16,877 bases of DNA from Promethearchaeota archaeon. GTDB taxonomy: Archaea; Asgardarchaeota; Lokiarchaeia; Sigyniarchaeales; SOKP01. Positions 1 through 9,193 of this stretch are shown here, one piece after another (positions within the stretch are counted from its first letter, which is position 1; the number at the start of each line of letters is the position of its first letter). Location of the stretch: contig JBHLOC010000005.1 of assembly GCA_048940925.1 (NCBI GenBank), positions 1 through 16,877 on the forward strand, given 5' to 3'. A program made the position numbers and the translations under genes. Under the pieces are notes generated by a model, which was not told the DNA's origin, searched no databases, and saw only the letters and a list, made by a program, of their open reading frames with translations.

Positions 1-257
1 TTTTTCGCTTCTTCTTCCACTTCAGTTAATTCAGATATACCTTTACCTACTTCAGCTGAAGGTTTGCCTTTTAAATCGATTAACAAATTTCTTGCATTAT
101 TTACTATTTTTTCGGCTGTTGTTTTACCAATACCTTTTAATTCAGTCAGCTCATCTATAGAGATATTTGCTAATTGTTCGACTGAATTTATTCCTGCTTC
201 TTTTAATGTATCAATCTTCTTACCAAGACCTTTTACATCTTCTAATTTAAGCGACAT
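1..257 (-). CDS. Helix-hairpin-helix (HhH) domain protein, N-terminal part (runs off the left edge)
   Basis: Not in the ORF track. ATG at 257 opens a frame with no stop up to the window edge: MSLKLEDVKGLGKKIDTLKEAGINSVEQLANISIDELTELKGIGKTTAEKIVNNARNLL... It has two HhH motifs (VKGLG, LKGIGKTTAEKI) followed by an acidic linker. The C-terminal domain lies outside the window. Confidence 0.85.
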   Translation of the reverse strand, partial: MSLKLEDVKGLGKKIDTLKEAGINSVEQLANISIDELTELKGIGKTTAEKIVNNARNLLIDLKGKPSAEVGKGISELTEVEEEAK

Positions 258-540
258 TTTAATTCAATTATGTTAGTTCCTAAAGCAGAATTTTCAGAAA
301 TTAAGTTTTATAATAATTGTTTACTTATAGATTTTTCTAAATCATGATATCTTTATGAAAGAGGTTTGTTTCTTATATCTAATTTATCAACATATCCTTT
401 TACTTCTTTTATCTTTTGCAAGGTTAGTCTATGGCTTATCGGTTTAAATATATTCACCATTATTAATTACTGAAATGAATTTTTTCAAATTCTTTCTATT
501 TTAATAGATTTAAAATAGCCTTTATTTGAAATAATAAAAG

Positions 541-1137
541 CGTCGTATTAGGAAGTATATTTGACAAAATGTTGATGACTCCTTTTCCGCCAATTGCTAT
601 TACATATTAGGTTAGTGAATCATCTCCACTTAATGCATTGAAATCGTCAGGAGTAGATCTGATGATTTGACTGATTTGGTCAATATATCTGCTATCACAT
701 TTAATCTTCGCATTATTTTCTTTCACATATTCTAATTAGGATAACATGTCAGGTTGTAATTTTCTTACAATGCAAGTGGGTACATCATAAAGAATAATTA
801 GTAAAGATACCAAATCCGCTAATGCTGAAAAGTACGAAATTTGTGAATTCTAGATTGATTTATTATAATAGGGACCTACTACAAGTATTTCATCGACACT
901 AATACGTTCAGCATACTGTGAAAGGGAGATAATCTTCTTGGTAGAGTTTGATCCAATCCCTGCCAAAACAAGAGGATCTCGCTCACTCTATCTTGCCTCA
1001 TCCAACATAATATCCATCTCATAATGATGCTTTTTATGAGAAAGCGTCAAATTTTCTCCAGTTGTGCCCATAGTAAGAAGATTACAACCATTTGCAATTT
1101 GGAATCGAATCACAACTTCCAGATGTAATAGCTTGAA
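541..1137 (-). pseudogene. dapA: Dihydrodipicolinate synthase (DapA family) pseudogene
   Basis: One minus-strand frame reads ...VIRFQIANGCNLLTMGTTGENLTLS...LAGIGSNSTKKIISLSQYAERISVDEILVVGPYYNKSI*...IILYDVP...KIKCDSRYIDQISQIIRSTPDDFNALSGDDSLT*YVIAIGGKGVINILSNILP. The DapA motifs GTTGE, GSNST, PYYNK, LY(N/D)VP, the Schiff-base Lys (IK), LSGDD and GGKGVI are in the correct order and spacing. In-frame stops lie at 988-990 (TAG), 850-852 (TAG), 736-738 (TAA) and 607-609 (TAA). No start codon or 5' end is visible. A degraded tail may extend to about 353. Confidence 0.9.
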
Positions 1138-1177
1138 TTAACCATATAACAAATAATAAAAAAAAATTAATTAAATA

Positions 1178-2459
1178 TTAGTTAAATTTTTTCTTTAAAG
1201 AAAATATCGTAAGTAGACCGATAGTGCTAAGAAATATTAATAATGGATACCCTAAAATAATTTTTTTCCCCCCTCCTTCCTTACCTTCTTCTCCCTCTTC
1301 TTCTTCTAATTTACTTAATTTTACCAGAATTACTTCAAAATAAGTATTTCCAGCAAGATAGATATTACCTAAAGAATCTATTGCTATTGCCTCACCATAT
1401 TCATATTTCCCCCAAGCTAAACTGATAGTCCATTGTTCTGCACCTGAACTATTACATTGCATCAATGCAATATGGTGATAAGGGTCGTATGACGTTCCTA
1501 CGAAATAGATGTTGTTTAGTGAATCTAATACTATATCATTAAGAGCGACATCAGAATGATAGACGGTTGTTTCCCATTGTAGCACACCAGAACTACTAAA
1601 TTTAGTAAGATTATTAGTATAATAACCAGTGCTCAGTATATAAACATTATTTGATGAGTCTATTGCTAGTTTTTTCCCATAACCGATACTTGGAGTAGTA
1701 ACATTCCATTTAACTACTCCATCACCGTCAAACTTCACAAAAAATCCGACCTGACTAATGATTCCTGTGACATATATGTTATCTAATGAATCCACCACAA
1801 TTTCAGAAACTTCATCAGAACCGCTTCCACCCCAAGTGCGATTCCATAGCTGCGTACCAGACTGATCATATTTCGCCAGAATGATATCAACTTCATTATA
1901 ACTTCTTTCCCAAATTCCCGTAAAATAAATATTGTCCAACGAATCTATAACAATACTTACGCCTTCCGTATTATTAATTATATCTCCTAGTGTGCGATTC
2001 CATAGCTGCGTACCAGACTGATCATATTTTAACAGAATAATAGTTTTAGTAGAGATATTATAGATATTGTAGTAAGATGTAGTACCTACAATATAGACAT
2101 CATCAGACGAATCTATTGCCACTCCAAAGCCTCCAGCGGCAACTAGAGAAGATGAAGTCGTAGTCTCCCAAGTTGAATTCCATTCTAGAGTCCCAGAACT
2201 TGTATATTTCAAAATGAACTCCGTTCCTGTAACATAGATATTATCTGATGAATCTACAGCTACATCATGCGCACCTGCATGTCTGCCCCATGTACGATTC
2301 CATTCAAATACGTAAGAAATATTCGTAGATAAATTAATTTTAAAATCTCTATTGGGTTTATCTAAGTTGCTGCTGAAAAAAAATAATATTGTTATACAGC
2401 AAGAAATTAAAGAATAGAATTGAGATTAAGGCTAACAAATAATACTTTTTATTTATCAT
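1178..2459 (-). CDS. Secreted SBBP-repeat beta-propeller surface protein with C-terminal TM anchor; frameshifted near its 5' end
   Basis: Repeats of the form (G/V)xAxDSxDNIYVTG...KY/FDxSGxxxWNRTWGG. The C-terminus is an acidic/Gly linker, then ILGYPL, a hydrophobic helix and KKK (Loki-CTERM-like). The track ORF (1178..2212) continues upstream in frame (VFEWNRTWGRHAGAHDVAVDSSDNIYVTG). The signal peptide MINKKYYLLALISILFFNFLLY from ATG 2459 is out of frame by one base across an A8 run (2376-2383). Total span is 1282 nt = 3n+1. Confidence 0.85.
1836..2029. repeat. Exact 38-bp direct repeat inside the beta-propeller gene
   Basis: GTGCGATTCCATAGCTGCGTACCAGACTGATCATATTT occurs at 1836-1873 and 1992-2029. 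Both copies encode KYDQSGTQLWNRT on the minus strand. Confidence 0.95.
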
Positions 2460-3074
2460 ACACTATTACTTCTTTAAAAATTGGATTATTATTTTTAAAA
2501 GTAGATTTAATATTTAAGTCTTGTCTTCGTCTTTCTTAATAGTTATTTTCATCTTTGGTAAAATTCTCTCTAAAAGGAGAATTTTAGGCTTCAGATTTAA
2601 AATAATATTATGATTTCGTTATCACATTTAATATATTAATTATAGCAATAACTCTGATGTTTAGTAATCCAGAAAAGATAAAATATCTTTCCGCAAAACT
2701 CACATACAATCTTTTAATCCTTACTAATATCTAGACATTTTTCACAACGATTGCAGTATGTATAATGTTTCACAAATTGGTACCTAACCTTTTGAAATAG
2801 TTTTGCTTTTACTTTATATTTTAATTGGGCTATCAGTATCTTATAGTTACCATAGAGCTTTAAAAAACTAAAGGCAAATTTAGTGTGGATTTTATGTTTA
2901 TAATTACCATTATTTATAGCTTTTAAAGTTAGTAATATTTATGAGAGGAGATAGTTTTTATGACAATTATGTAATACTTTTTATCAAATAATCCCCTTAT
3001 ATTTATATATTTAAAGGCTAAATTAATGCAATGTTGATAGAATTTCTATAATCTAAATTGTAAGGAGTTAATAA

Positions 3075-3188
3075 AAGATAGTATTTGAATATGAGTTTAA
3101 AACTGTCTTAATTGGTGGTAAAGGAATAGGGAAAAGATATCTAAAAAACCTATTCATTTGCAATTGTAAGACTAATTCAATACTTTAA
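3075..3188 (+). pseudogene. Possible remnant of a Ras/Rab-like small GTPase N-terminus
   Basis: Start-less frame KIVFEYEFKTVLIGGKGIGKRYLKNLFICNCKTNSIL* resembles the Rab-type beta1/P-loop (DYLFKIVLIGDSGVGKS). It is preceded by AAGGAG. No G3/G4 motifs follow. Confidence 0.3.
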
Positions 3189-3195
3189 TCTATCT

Positions 3196-4308
3196 TTATG
3201 AAACTGGTTTATATATTATTCCTAATTCATCAGCATAATCTTTTACTTCTTGAATCTCTTGGGAGGTTGGTCTACGATTTATCTCAGGATATTGACTAGC
3301 CTTCCACTGTGCCCGATATTGCCCCATAATATTAACGACAGCCTTCGGAAGTTCCTTAACAACGTAATCTAATATTGGCTTAGAACAGCATTCAACATGG
3401 TTTGGCATTACTAAATGACGTATACAAATTTCTCCACTACCTTCATCATGAACTCTCTTATGATTTCTGGAGATCACATCAAAGTAATTTTCAATACCAG
3501 AATATTTTTTTGCACATTCATTATTTCCATATTTAAAATCAGGTAACCAAAAATCTATTAAGTCAATAATTAGAGATAATCCCTTTTCTGTTAAATAAAA
3601 GTTTGAATTCCACAATTGACAAATATTAGAATTCTGATAAAGTAAACTACCGACTATAGTATGAATATTGGGGATTGGATCACCGCCAACATAATTTATA
3701 TTTATCGCGCCTCTTTTTACGAGTTTTTCTGCGATCTCTGCTAATTGTTGAGGGCTGATTTTTTGTGCTACTTCATCTATTTCTCTTTTAACTTTCCAAG
3801 CTTGAGAGATATCATAATTTTGACAGAAAACACAACCAAAATTACAGCCTTGGAAAAAAATAGTACCACTTGGTATTAACACACTCTCTTCTCCCATATG
3901 AAGGAAGGCAGATGAGACATATGAATCTTTAGAAATCAAACAAAAACCTTTTTTCCCATCTATTCTATTAACTTCACATTGGCGCTCGCAGAATATGCAA
4001 CTTTCTAAATATTTTTTCGCAACAGTTTCTGCTAAAAGTATATAGGATTTAGAAGTGGTTTTTCGAGATTTTATGTCTCCCAAATCTTTTTTTAACAATT
4101 CATTGAATTCGATAGATTTTGTTTTTAATAATTCCTCGAGATTTTCTATGTGATCATTCGAATTGAACTCACATTCTAATGTTTTAGCTACTAAATATCG
4201 TGCTGGTTGAGTCCCATCAATAATACCTTTATATCTAAAATAACGTTTCTTGATTTCTTCATTATTCCATACGGATACTGAATCTGGTCGAAGAATTCTA
4301 AAAACCAT
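3196..4308 (-). CDS. Radical SAM protein, PflX family (pyruvate-formate-lyase activating enzyme-like)
   Basis: CxxxCxxC motif (GCNFGCVFCQNYDIS), N-terminal CxxCxxxC...C cluster (CIFCERQCEVNR...GFC), HMGEE, SGTIFF, VGGDP, PDFKYGNNECA and RHLVMPNHVECCS, all typical of archaeal PflX-like proteins. Confidence 0.9.
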   Translation of the reverse strand: MVFRILRPDSVSVWNNEEIKKRYFRYKGIIDGTQPARYLVAKTLECEFNSNDHIENLEELLKTKSIEFNELLKKDLGDIKSRKTTSKSYILLAETVAKKYLESCIFCERQCEVNRIDGKKGFCLISKDSYVSSAFLHMGEESVLIPSGTIFFQGCNFGCVFCQNYDISQAWKVKREIDEVAQKISPQQLAEIAEKLVKRGAININYVGGDPIPNIHTIVGSLLYQNSNICQLWNSNFYLTEKGLSLIIDLIDFWLPDFKYGNNECAKKYSGIENYFDVISRNHKRVHDEGSGEICIRHLVMPNHVECCSKPILDYVVKELPKAVVNIMGQYRAQWKASQYPEINRRPTSQEIQEVKDYADELGIIYKPVS

Positions 4309-4332
4309 AATAAAAGTGTATTTCTTAATTAA

Positions 4333-5064
4333 CTAAATCTCAAAAGACAACCAATCAAGAATATTACGCAAGAAATTTAAATTATCCGCATGATCAAGTC
4401 CATAATCAGAATCTTCAAGTAACCAATCAGTTGAGCCTATTGTGACGCACCGTCCCTCATAAAAATCAGAAACGACACAGATGGGAACGGGCCCAAGAGC
4501 TCCTACATCTTCATCAACATAATATTTAAATTCTGATTTTTCAGAAGTTACTATTATATCATCGACATCTTCTTCTGAAATGGTAAAGAAAGTACAATTT
4601 GGCAGTACTAACTCAGTTATTCCATCAGTAATGGGATGATGAAATAATTCAGTGACTAAGATGTTTTTTTTCTTTACTAAAAAGTTTGAGGTAGCTTCAA
4701 ATATAATTCCATTCCAGAATCTTCGAACACCTGTTATCTTATATAGAACTCTAATTGATCCTTGTTTCATAGGGATATCCCTATCTCCCCCAGCTCCACT
4801 AGTCAGGAAAAGTCCACCACCTTCTCCAACAAACCTTTTTATTGCTTTCAGTTCATCCTGTGAAAATTTATCCACTTTTCTATCTTTATTATGCTGGATA
4901 TTTCCAAAAAAGAGAATATCAAAATCTTCTAATATATCAAAGTCTATGGGTCCCTCATTTTTGTCAATATAATCAACTTCAAAATCTTCTTCATCAAGTA
5001 CGAATTCTGGGAATTCTTCTAATTGCTCATTATGAGATAAATCCACTAAGATACTATAGGGCAT
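4333..5064 (-). CDS. Stand-alone GIFT/IFT52-like (DUF4350/GldG-type, class I glutamine amidotransferase-like fold) protein
   Basis: ILVDLSHNE start, LKAIKRFVGEGGGLFLTSG, HPITDGI, PICVVS...GRCVTIGS and DNLNFLRNILDWL match the GIFT-domain pattern. The protein is acidic with no signal peptide, and lies 24 bp upstream of the radical SAM gene on the same strand. Confidence 0.65.
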   Translation of the reverse strand: MPYSILVDLSHNEQLEEFPEFVLDEEDFEVDYIDKNEGPIDFDILEDFDILFFGNIQHNKDRKVDKFSQDELKAIKRFVGEGGGLFLTSGAGGDRDIPMKQGSIRVLYKITGVRRFWNGIIFEATSNFLVKKKNILVTELFHHPITDGITELVLPNCTFFTISEEDVDDIIVTSEKSEFKYYVDEDVGALGPVPICVVSDFYEGRCVTIGSTDWLLEDSDYGLDHADNLNFLRNILDWLSFEI

Positions 5065-5337
5065 AATGCTTTCACTGAGTGTAATATTATATTGCGTTAA
5101 TTGTTAAATCCTAAACATTTTATTTTAAATCGTTAAATCATAAATCTGTTAATTGTTGGTTTTTTGATAAGAAAATACAATTTACTTCTAAAAACGTATT
5201 TTCTTTATATAAGTTTATCTACTATAATTCTATTTCTAAATTTTCTCTTTTAAACTTTTTTAAAAAAAGAACTGAACACCATAAAACTTAAATAAGAAGA
5301 GAGCAATTAAATAAGGATTGAGATACTAAAAAAAATC

Positions 5338-6042
5338 TTATATGGGAATAAATTCACGTTCAGCTGGACCTTCTTTAGTAACAGTTACTATGTCAATGCC
5401 ATTTCCACTAGCCATATCTCTTATTATAGAGGAAGTAATAGCTTTTTTGATGATCTCCTTACCCTCATCAATAGATAAGTTATCTTTATATTTTGCTTCT
5501 AAAACACCATATGAAAAATTCTGCCCTGAACCAACTGCACAGTACTTCTCAGGTAAGATTGAGCCATAGGCGCTTATGTCAAGAAGAGTAGGTCCTTCTT
5601 CTTCCGTCACTCCCCCTAATAAAAGCCCTACTTCAAAAGGAAACATTTTATTGTAATATAAAATATTTGATAATAATTTTCCAGCAGTTTTGATTAAAAT
5701 AGGTTTATTATCATGGGCTAATTGATAAATGGAAGTTTCAGCCTTTAATACATCCACAAGATACTGAGCATCTGCTACACCACCAGCAGTAGTCATCCAA
5801 AGATGGGTTTGAATTTCGTATAATTTTTCAGAAGTTTTACTAGCAACAAAATATGCCATTGTGGCTCTTTTATCTGTGCCTAGAATTGTAGCATCTTTAC
5901 AAGTTAGACCTACTGTAGTAGTACCAGTTTTAAAGATTTTAGAATTATTATTATCCGCAGATTTAGAAACCTTTTTAACATCGAATCCTGATTTCTTAAA
6001 AATTGCTGAATTTAAATTACTAAATTTTTCTTCATTCCTCAT
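5338..6042 (-). CDS. psmB: Proteasome subunit beta (Ntn hydrolase)
   Basis: KTG|TTTVGL autolysis site, mature Thr1/Asp17/Lys33 (TDKRATM...SEK), AGGVADAQ, AVGSG and RDMASGNG. Confidence 0.96.
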   Translation of the reverse strand: MRNEEKFSNLNSAIFKKSGFDVKKVSKSADNNNSKIFKTGTTTVGLTCKDATILGTDKRATMAYFVASKTSEKLYEIQTHLWMTTAGGVADAQYLVDVLKAETSIYQLAHDNKPILIKTAGKLLSNILYYNKMFPFEVGLLLGGVTEEEGPTLLDISAYGSILPEKYCAVGSGQNFSYGVLEAKYKDNLSIDEGKEIIKKAITSSIIRDMASGNGIDIVTVTKEGPAEREFIPI

Positions 6043-6160
6043 AATTTCATTAAAGAACCTATGATTTAATAAATTTCTTCTAATTTATTATAAATAAATA
6101 CTAATTACAAAAAATGACTGAATGAATTTAATTTATTAATGAGATAAGATTTTAATTTTT

Positions 6161-7333
6161 ATGTATGATGTAATTGTATCAGGAGCAGGACCAGCAGGAT
6201 CTACTTGTGCTGAAGTTTTAGCTAAAAAAGGATTTAAAGTAGCTTTAATCGAAAGAGATACTAATTGGAGAAAGCCTTGCGCAGGTGCTGTAAGTTCGAG
6301 AGTTTTTAAATACTTTCCTCAACTTAGAGAAACTGATTTTCAGAAAATCAATGGAATATGTATTTATTCTGCTAATTACAGAAAATTAGAATACTCTTGG
6401 CAGGGTATTAGGGAACCTTCTATCAATGTAGACAGATTAGAGTTTGATAAGATTCTACAGGAAATCGCTATAGATAAGGGTGCTGAGCTTTTTGATAAAA
6501 ATCTTTCCTATAAGTTTATTACTAGAAATGGAAAGAAAATAGGAATTAAAACCAAATCTCCTTCAGGAAATAATGAATTTGAGGGTAAAATTATAGTAAT
6601 AGCTGATGGAATGGGCTCTAAATTAGCAATTAAATCGGGATTACGGAAGAAATGGAATATAGAAAATATTGGACTTCTAAAGTGTGCAATATTAGAAGGA
6701 GACACAAATTTAAATGAAGAATTTATTAACATATTCTTCCAACCTTATGTAGGATATGGCTGGATTTTTCCTCTTAAAAACAATAGGTTTAATGTGGGGG
6801 TGGGAACTTGGGAAGAAGAAAATGTTAATTATAATGTAAATAATTTGTTTAAAGATTTTCTCAAGAAAAATTATGAACAAAAAATATTACTAAGAAAACC
6901 TTATAAAGAATTTTGGTCTGCTTCTTATCCAATTCCAGCGACAGGTGTTTTAGAGAAAAGTCTTTATGGTGAAAATATTATGATTATAGGGGATGCAGCT
7001 GGATTTGTCTCCCCTATTAGTGGTGAGGGAATTCACGCCAGTATTGTTTCAGGGTTTGCAGCAGGGGAGACAGCAGTAAAAGCTCTTGAAAAAGGAAGTG
7101 TGGTAAGTGATACATTAAAGGCATATAAACAATTTCCTAATATTAGAAAAATTGTGAGAAATTTTAAATTAAAAAAATCACTAGTAAATTTCTTCTTTGA
7201 AAATAGTGGTAGTAATTTTTCTAGAATGTTAGAATTGGCTGAAAATGATAAAAATGTGAAAGAAGAAGTAATTAACATGTTTTTATTCAATCAAGCTCCA
7301 TCTAGAGAATTATTATTGAATATTAAATCATAA
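6161..7333 (+). CDS. Geranylgeranyl reductase family FAD-dependent oxidoreductase (DGGGPL reductase-like)
   Basis: YDVIVSGAGPAG FAD motif, KPCAGA, DRLEFD, IADG, GYGWIFP and GDAAGFVSPISGEGI. Confidence 0.92.
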   Translation: MYDVIVSGAGPAGSTCAEVLAKKGFKVALIERDTNWRKPCAGAVSSRVFKYFPQLRETDFQKINGICIYSANYRKLEYSWQGIREPSINVDRLEFDKILQEIAIDKGAELFDKNLSYKFITRNGKKIGIKTKSPSGNNEFEGKIIVIADGMGSKLAIKSGLRKKWNIENIGLLKCAILEGDTNLNEEFINIFFQPYVGYGWIFPLKNNRFNVGVGTWEEENVNYNVNNLFKDFLKKNYEQKILLRKPYKEFWSASYPIPATGVLEKSLYGENIMIIGDAAGFVSPISGEGIHASIVSGFAAGETAVKALEKGSVVSDTLKAYKQFPNIRKIVRNFKLKKSLVNFFFENSGSNFSRMLELAENDKNVKEEVINMFLFNQAPSRELLLNIKS

Positions 7334-7343
7334 TTTATAAATA

Positions 7344-8279
7344 ATGCCTGAACTAATAGGATATATTTTAACCTTAGATGCTATCTTTACTTGGGCAGGA
7401 GCAAGTTTAATTTACAAATGGGGTCTAGGGAAAACCCAACCAAAAGCGAATTTATTCTTTAGACTTTGTTGTGTTAGTCTTAGTACCTTTGTGTTATCGT
7501 TAATATTTGGGAATTATTCATTTTTTAAGGTTATGGATAATGCTGAGCTTCTAAGCTTTATAATCGTTTGTATTATCTCAGGGTTAAGTGTCACATTAGG
7601 AGATTTATTTTATTATATGTCATTGAAAAAGATTGATGCTTCTCGTACTTATCCACTTACCCAATTATCATTAGTTTTCGTATATCCCTTTTCTTTTTTC
7701 CTGTTTGGGGAAGATATAACTTTTTCGATTTTTATAGGAGGTGCTATAATTTTATCAAGTGTTTTTATATTAAGTTCAAAAGATAAATCTGAAAAAAATA
7801 GTACAAAGAGAAAACTAAAAGAAAAAATATCAGAAGATTTAATTATAGGGGTACTATTAGCAATCGGTACAGCATTCTTGTGGGCCGTTGCCTACGTCTC
7901 ATTTAACCAAGCAAGAATTATGACTGGTGATGTTTTTGTACCCAATTTTTTTAGAGTAAGTGCTGGCATGATTGTTATAGCTTTTTTAGGCATTTTTAAA
8001 AAAGATTATTATGAAGGATTTACAAAGGAAAACAGAAATAATTTAAAATATTTCATTTTCATCGGAATAGCTGGTATGTTATCTTTAGGTTTAGCTGATG
8101 CGATATTCATTAAAGCAGCAGAAATTAATGGATTAGTTTTAACATCAACTTTTACAGTAAATACACCTATGGTTCAGCAAATACTTTCTATATTAATTTT
8201 AAAAGAAAAATTTAGGAAAAGGTTTATTCTAGCAGTTTTCTTAATGATTTTAGGTAATTATATTATATTATTTTTATGA
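7344..8279 (+). CDS. EamA/DMT family transporter
   Basis: About 10 hydrophobic helices in two homologous halves (YYMSLKKIDASRTYPL...LFGE; ...ILILKEKF). It starts 10 bp after the reductase, so the two are probably co-transcribed. Confidence 0.88.
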   Translation: MPELIGYILTLDAIFTWAGASLIYKWGLGKTQPKANLFFRLCCVSLSTFVLSLIFGNYSFFKVMDNAELLSFIIVCIISGLSVTLGDLFYYMSLKKIDASRTYPLTQLSLVFVYPFSFFLFGEDITFSIFIGGAIILSSVFILSSKDKSEKNSTKRKLKEKISEDLIIGVLLAIGTAFLWAVAYVSFNQARIMTGDVFVPNFFRVSAGMIVIAFLGIFKKDYYEGFTKENRNNLKYFIFIGIAGMLSLGLADAIFIKAAEINGLVLTSTFTVNTPMVQQILSILILKEKFRKRFILAVFLMILGNYIILFL

Positions 8280-8431
8280 CATACTCTGATTATGATTTCT
8301 TGCCATTATAAAAAATGTGATTGATATGTTATAATTTTTTGAAATATTCGATTATAAAATCATAATAAATAAAAATAAGATTCATTTATCTTATTAAAAT
8401 AGGAAATATAAAGATGTAAAGTGAAATTAAA

Positions 8432-9100
8432 TTGATTGAATTGATAAATAAACAAAAAATTCGTGCTGATGATCGCATTAGTGTTATTCTTGTTATAGGT
8501 TATATAATATTTGCCTTGTTCTTAAGGCTTGAAGCATTTTTATCGCTAATTGTTTACCCTTTTGTTGCATTAATAATATATGGAACTTTAAAGATTGTAA
8601 ACGCTTTAAATAAAAGAAATAAAGGTAAAACTGATAATACAGTTAAATTTATATTTGGACTAGTATCGATCATATTCTCAATATTTTTTCTAATGTTTAT
8701 CTTATCATATCCTAATGTTACCCTACAAATTATTCTTAATCTAATTGCTTTTCCTTTAATTATTGTTGGTTTAGCAGCTATTATAAAAGGTAAAATGATT
8801 AATATTTATTTAAAGAAATATCGTATTTTGAATATAGTTATAGGGTTAATAACAATTATAGTGTGTCTGTTAACCTTCTTTTCTCCATCAATTTTTCCTA
8901 AAAATCCTTTTATATTTCATTTTACGTCTCTATGTGTTGTACTTTTTCTGAATATTTATGGTAGGGCTGCTTTATATCTAAGTGAGTTTGGGCTATCCAT
9001 AAAGCATGTCAGAAATTTTAAACTTTTCTTATATATTATTTCTGATTATCTTGTGCATATCGATATAAATGGAAAAATTTTATTGCATAAAATAGAATAA
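8432..9100 (+). CDS. Multi-pass membrane protein of unknown function, tandem paralog 1
   Basis: About 6 TM segments, TTG start. Clear homology with the next gene (INKQKIRAD, ALFLR, IVYPF, AFP, GRAxxYLSEFGLS, YIISDYL). Confidence 0.8.
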   Translation: MIELINKQKIRADDRISVILVIGYIIFALFLRLEAFLSLIVYPFVALIIYGTLKIVNALNKRNKGKTDNTVKFIFGLVSIIFSIFFLMFILSYPNVTLQIILNLIAFPLIIVGLAAIIKGKMINIYLKKYRILNIVIGLITIIVCLLTFFSPSIFPKNPFIFHFTSLCVVLFLNIYGRAALYLSEFGLSIKHVRNFKLFLYIISDYLVHIDINGKILLHKIE

Positions 9101-9124
9101 ATTTTTTTTACAAGTATTTTTTTT
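9101..9124 (+). terminator. Putative archaeal oligo-T terminator
   Basis: Two T-runs (TTTTTTTTACAAGTATTTTTTTT) immediately after the stop codon at 9100. Confidence 0.4.
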
Positions 9125-9193
9125 CTACAAAGATTTTAAGGCTATAACATCCTAAATAATTATTAATTATAAATTCTAAAATGTTAATTGAGA

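Noticed and set aside
64-276. 70-aa plus-strand ORF
   Set aside because: Antisense shadow of the HhH gene on the minus strand.
541-1137. Stop-codon readthrough (pyrrolysine or alternative code) rescuing dapA
   Set aside because: The stops are mixed (2 TAG, 2 TAA), conserved residues are degraded, the start is missing, and other genes here terminate normally at TAA/TAG/TGA.
2460-3060. Possible decayed membrane-protein gene or ncRNA in the long intergenic gap
   Set aside because: Only short hydrophobic frames expected from AT-rich DNA; no motif, repeat array or GC-rich stem found.
4652-7290. Track ORFs 4652..4972, 4842..5066, 5342..5569, 5861..6064, 6508..6732 and 7033..7290
   Set aside because: All lie antisense to well-supported genes and lack motifs.
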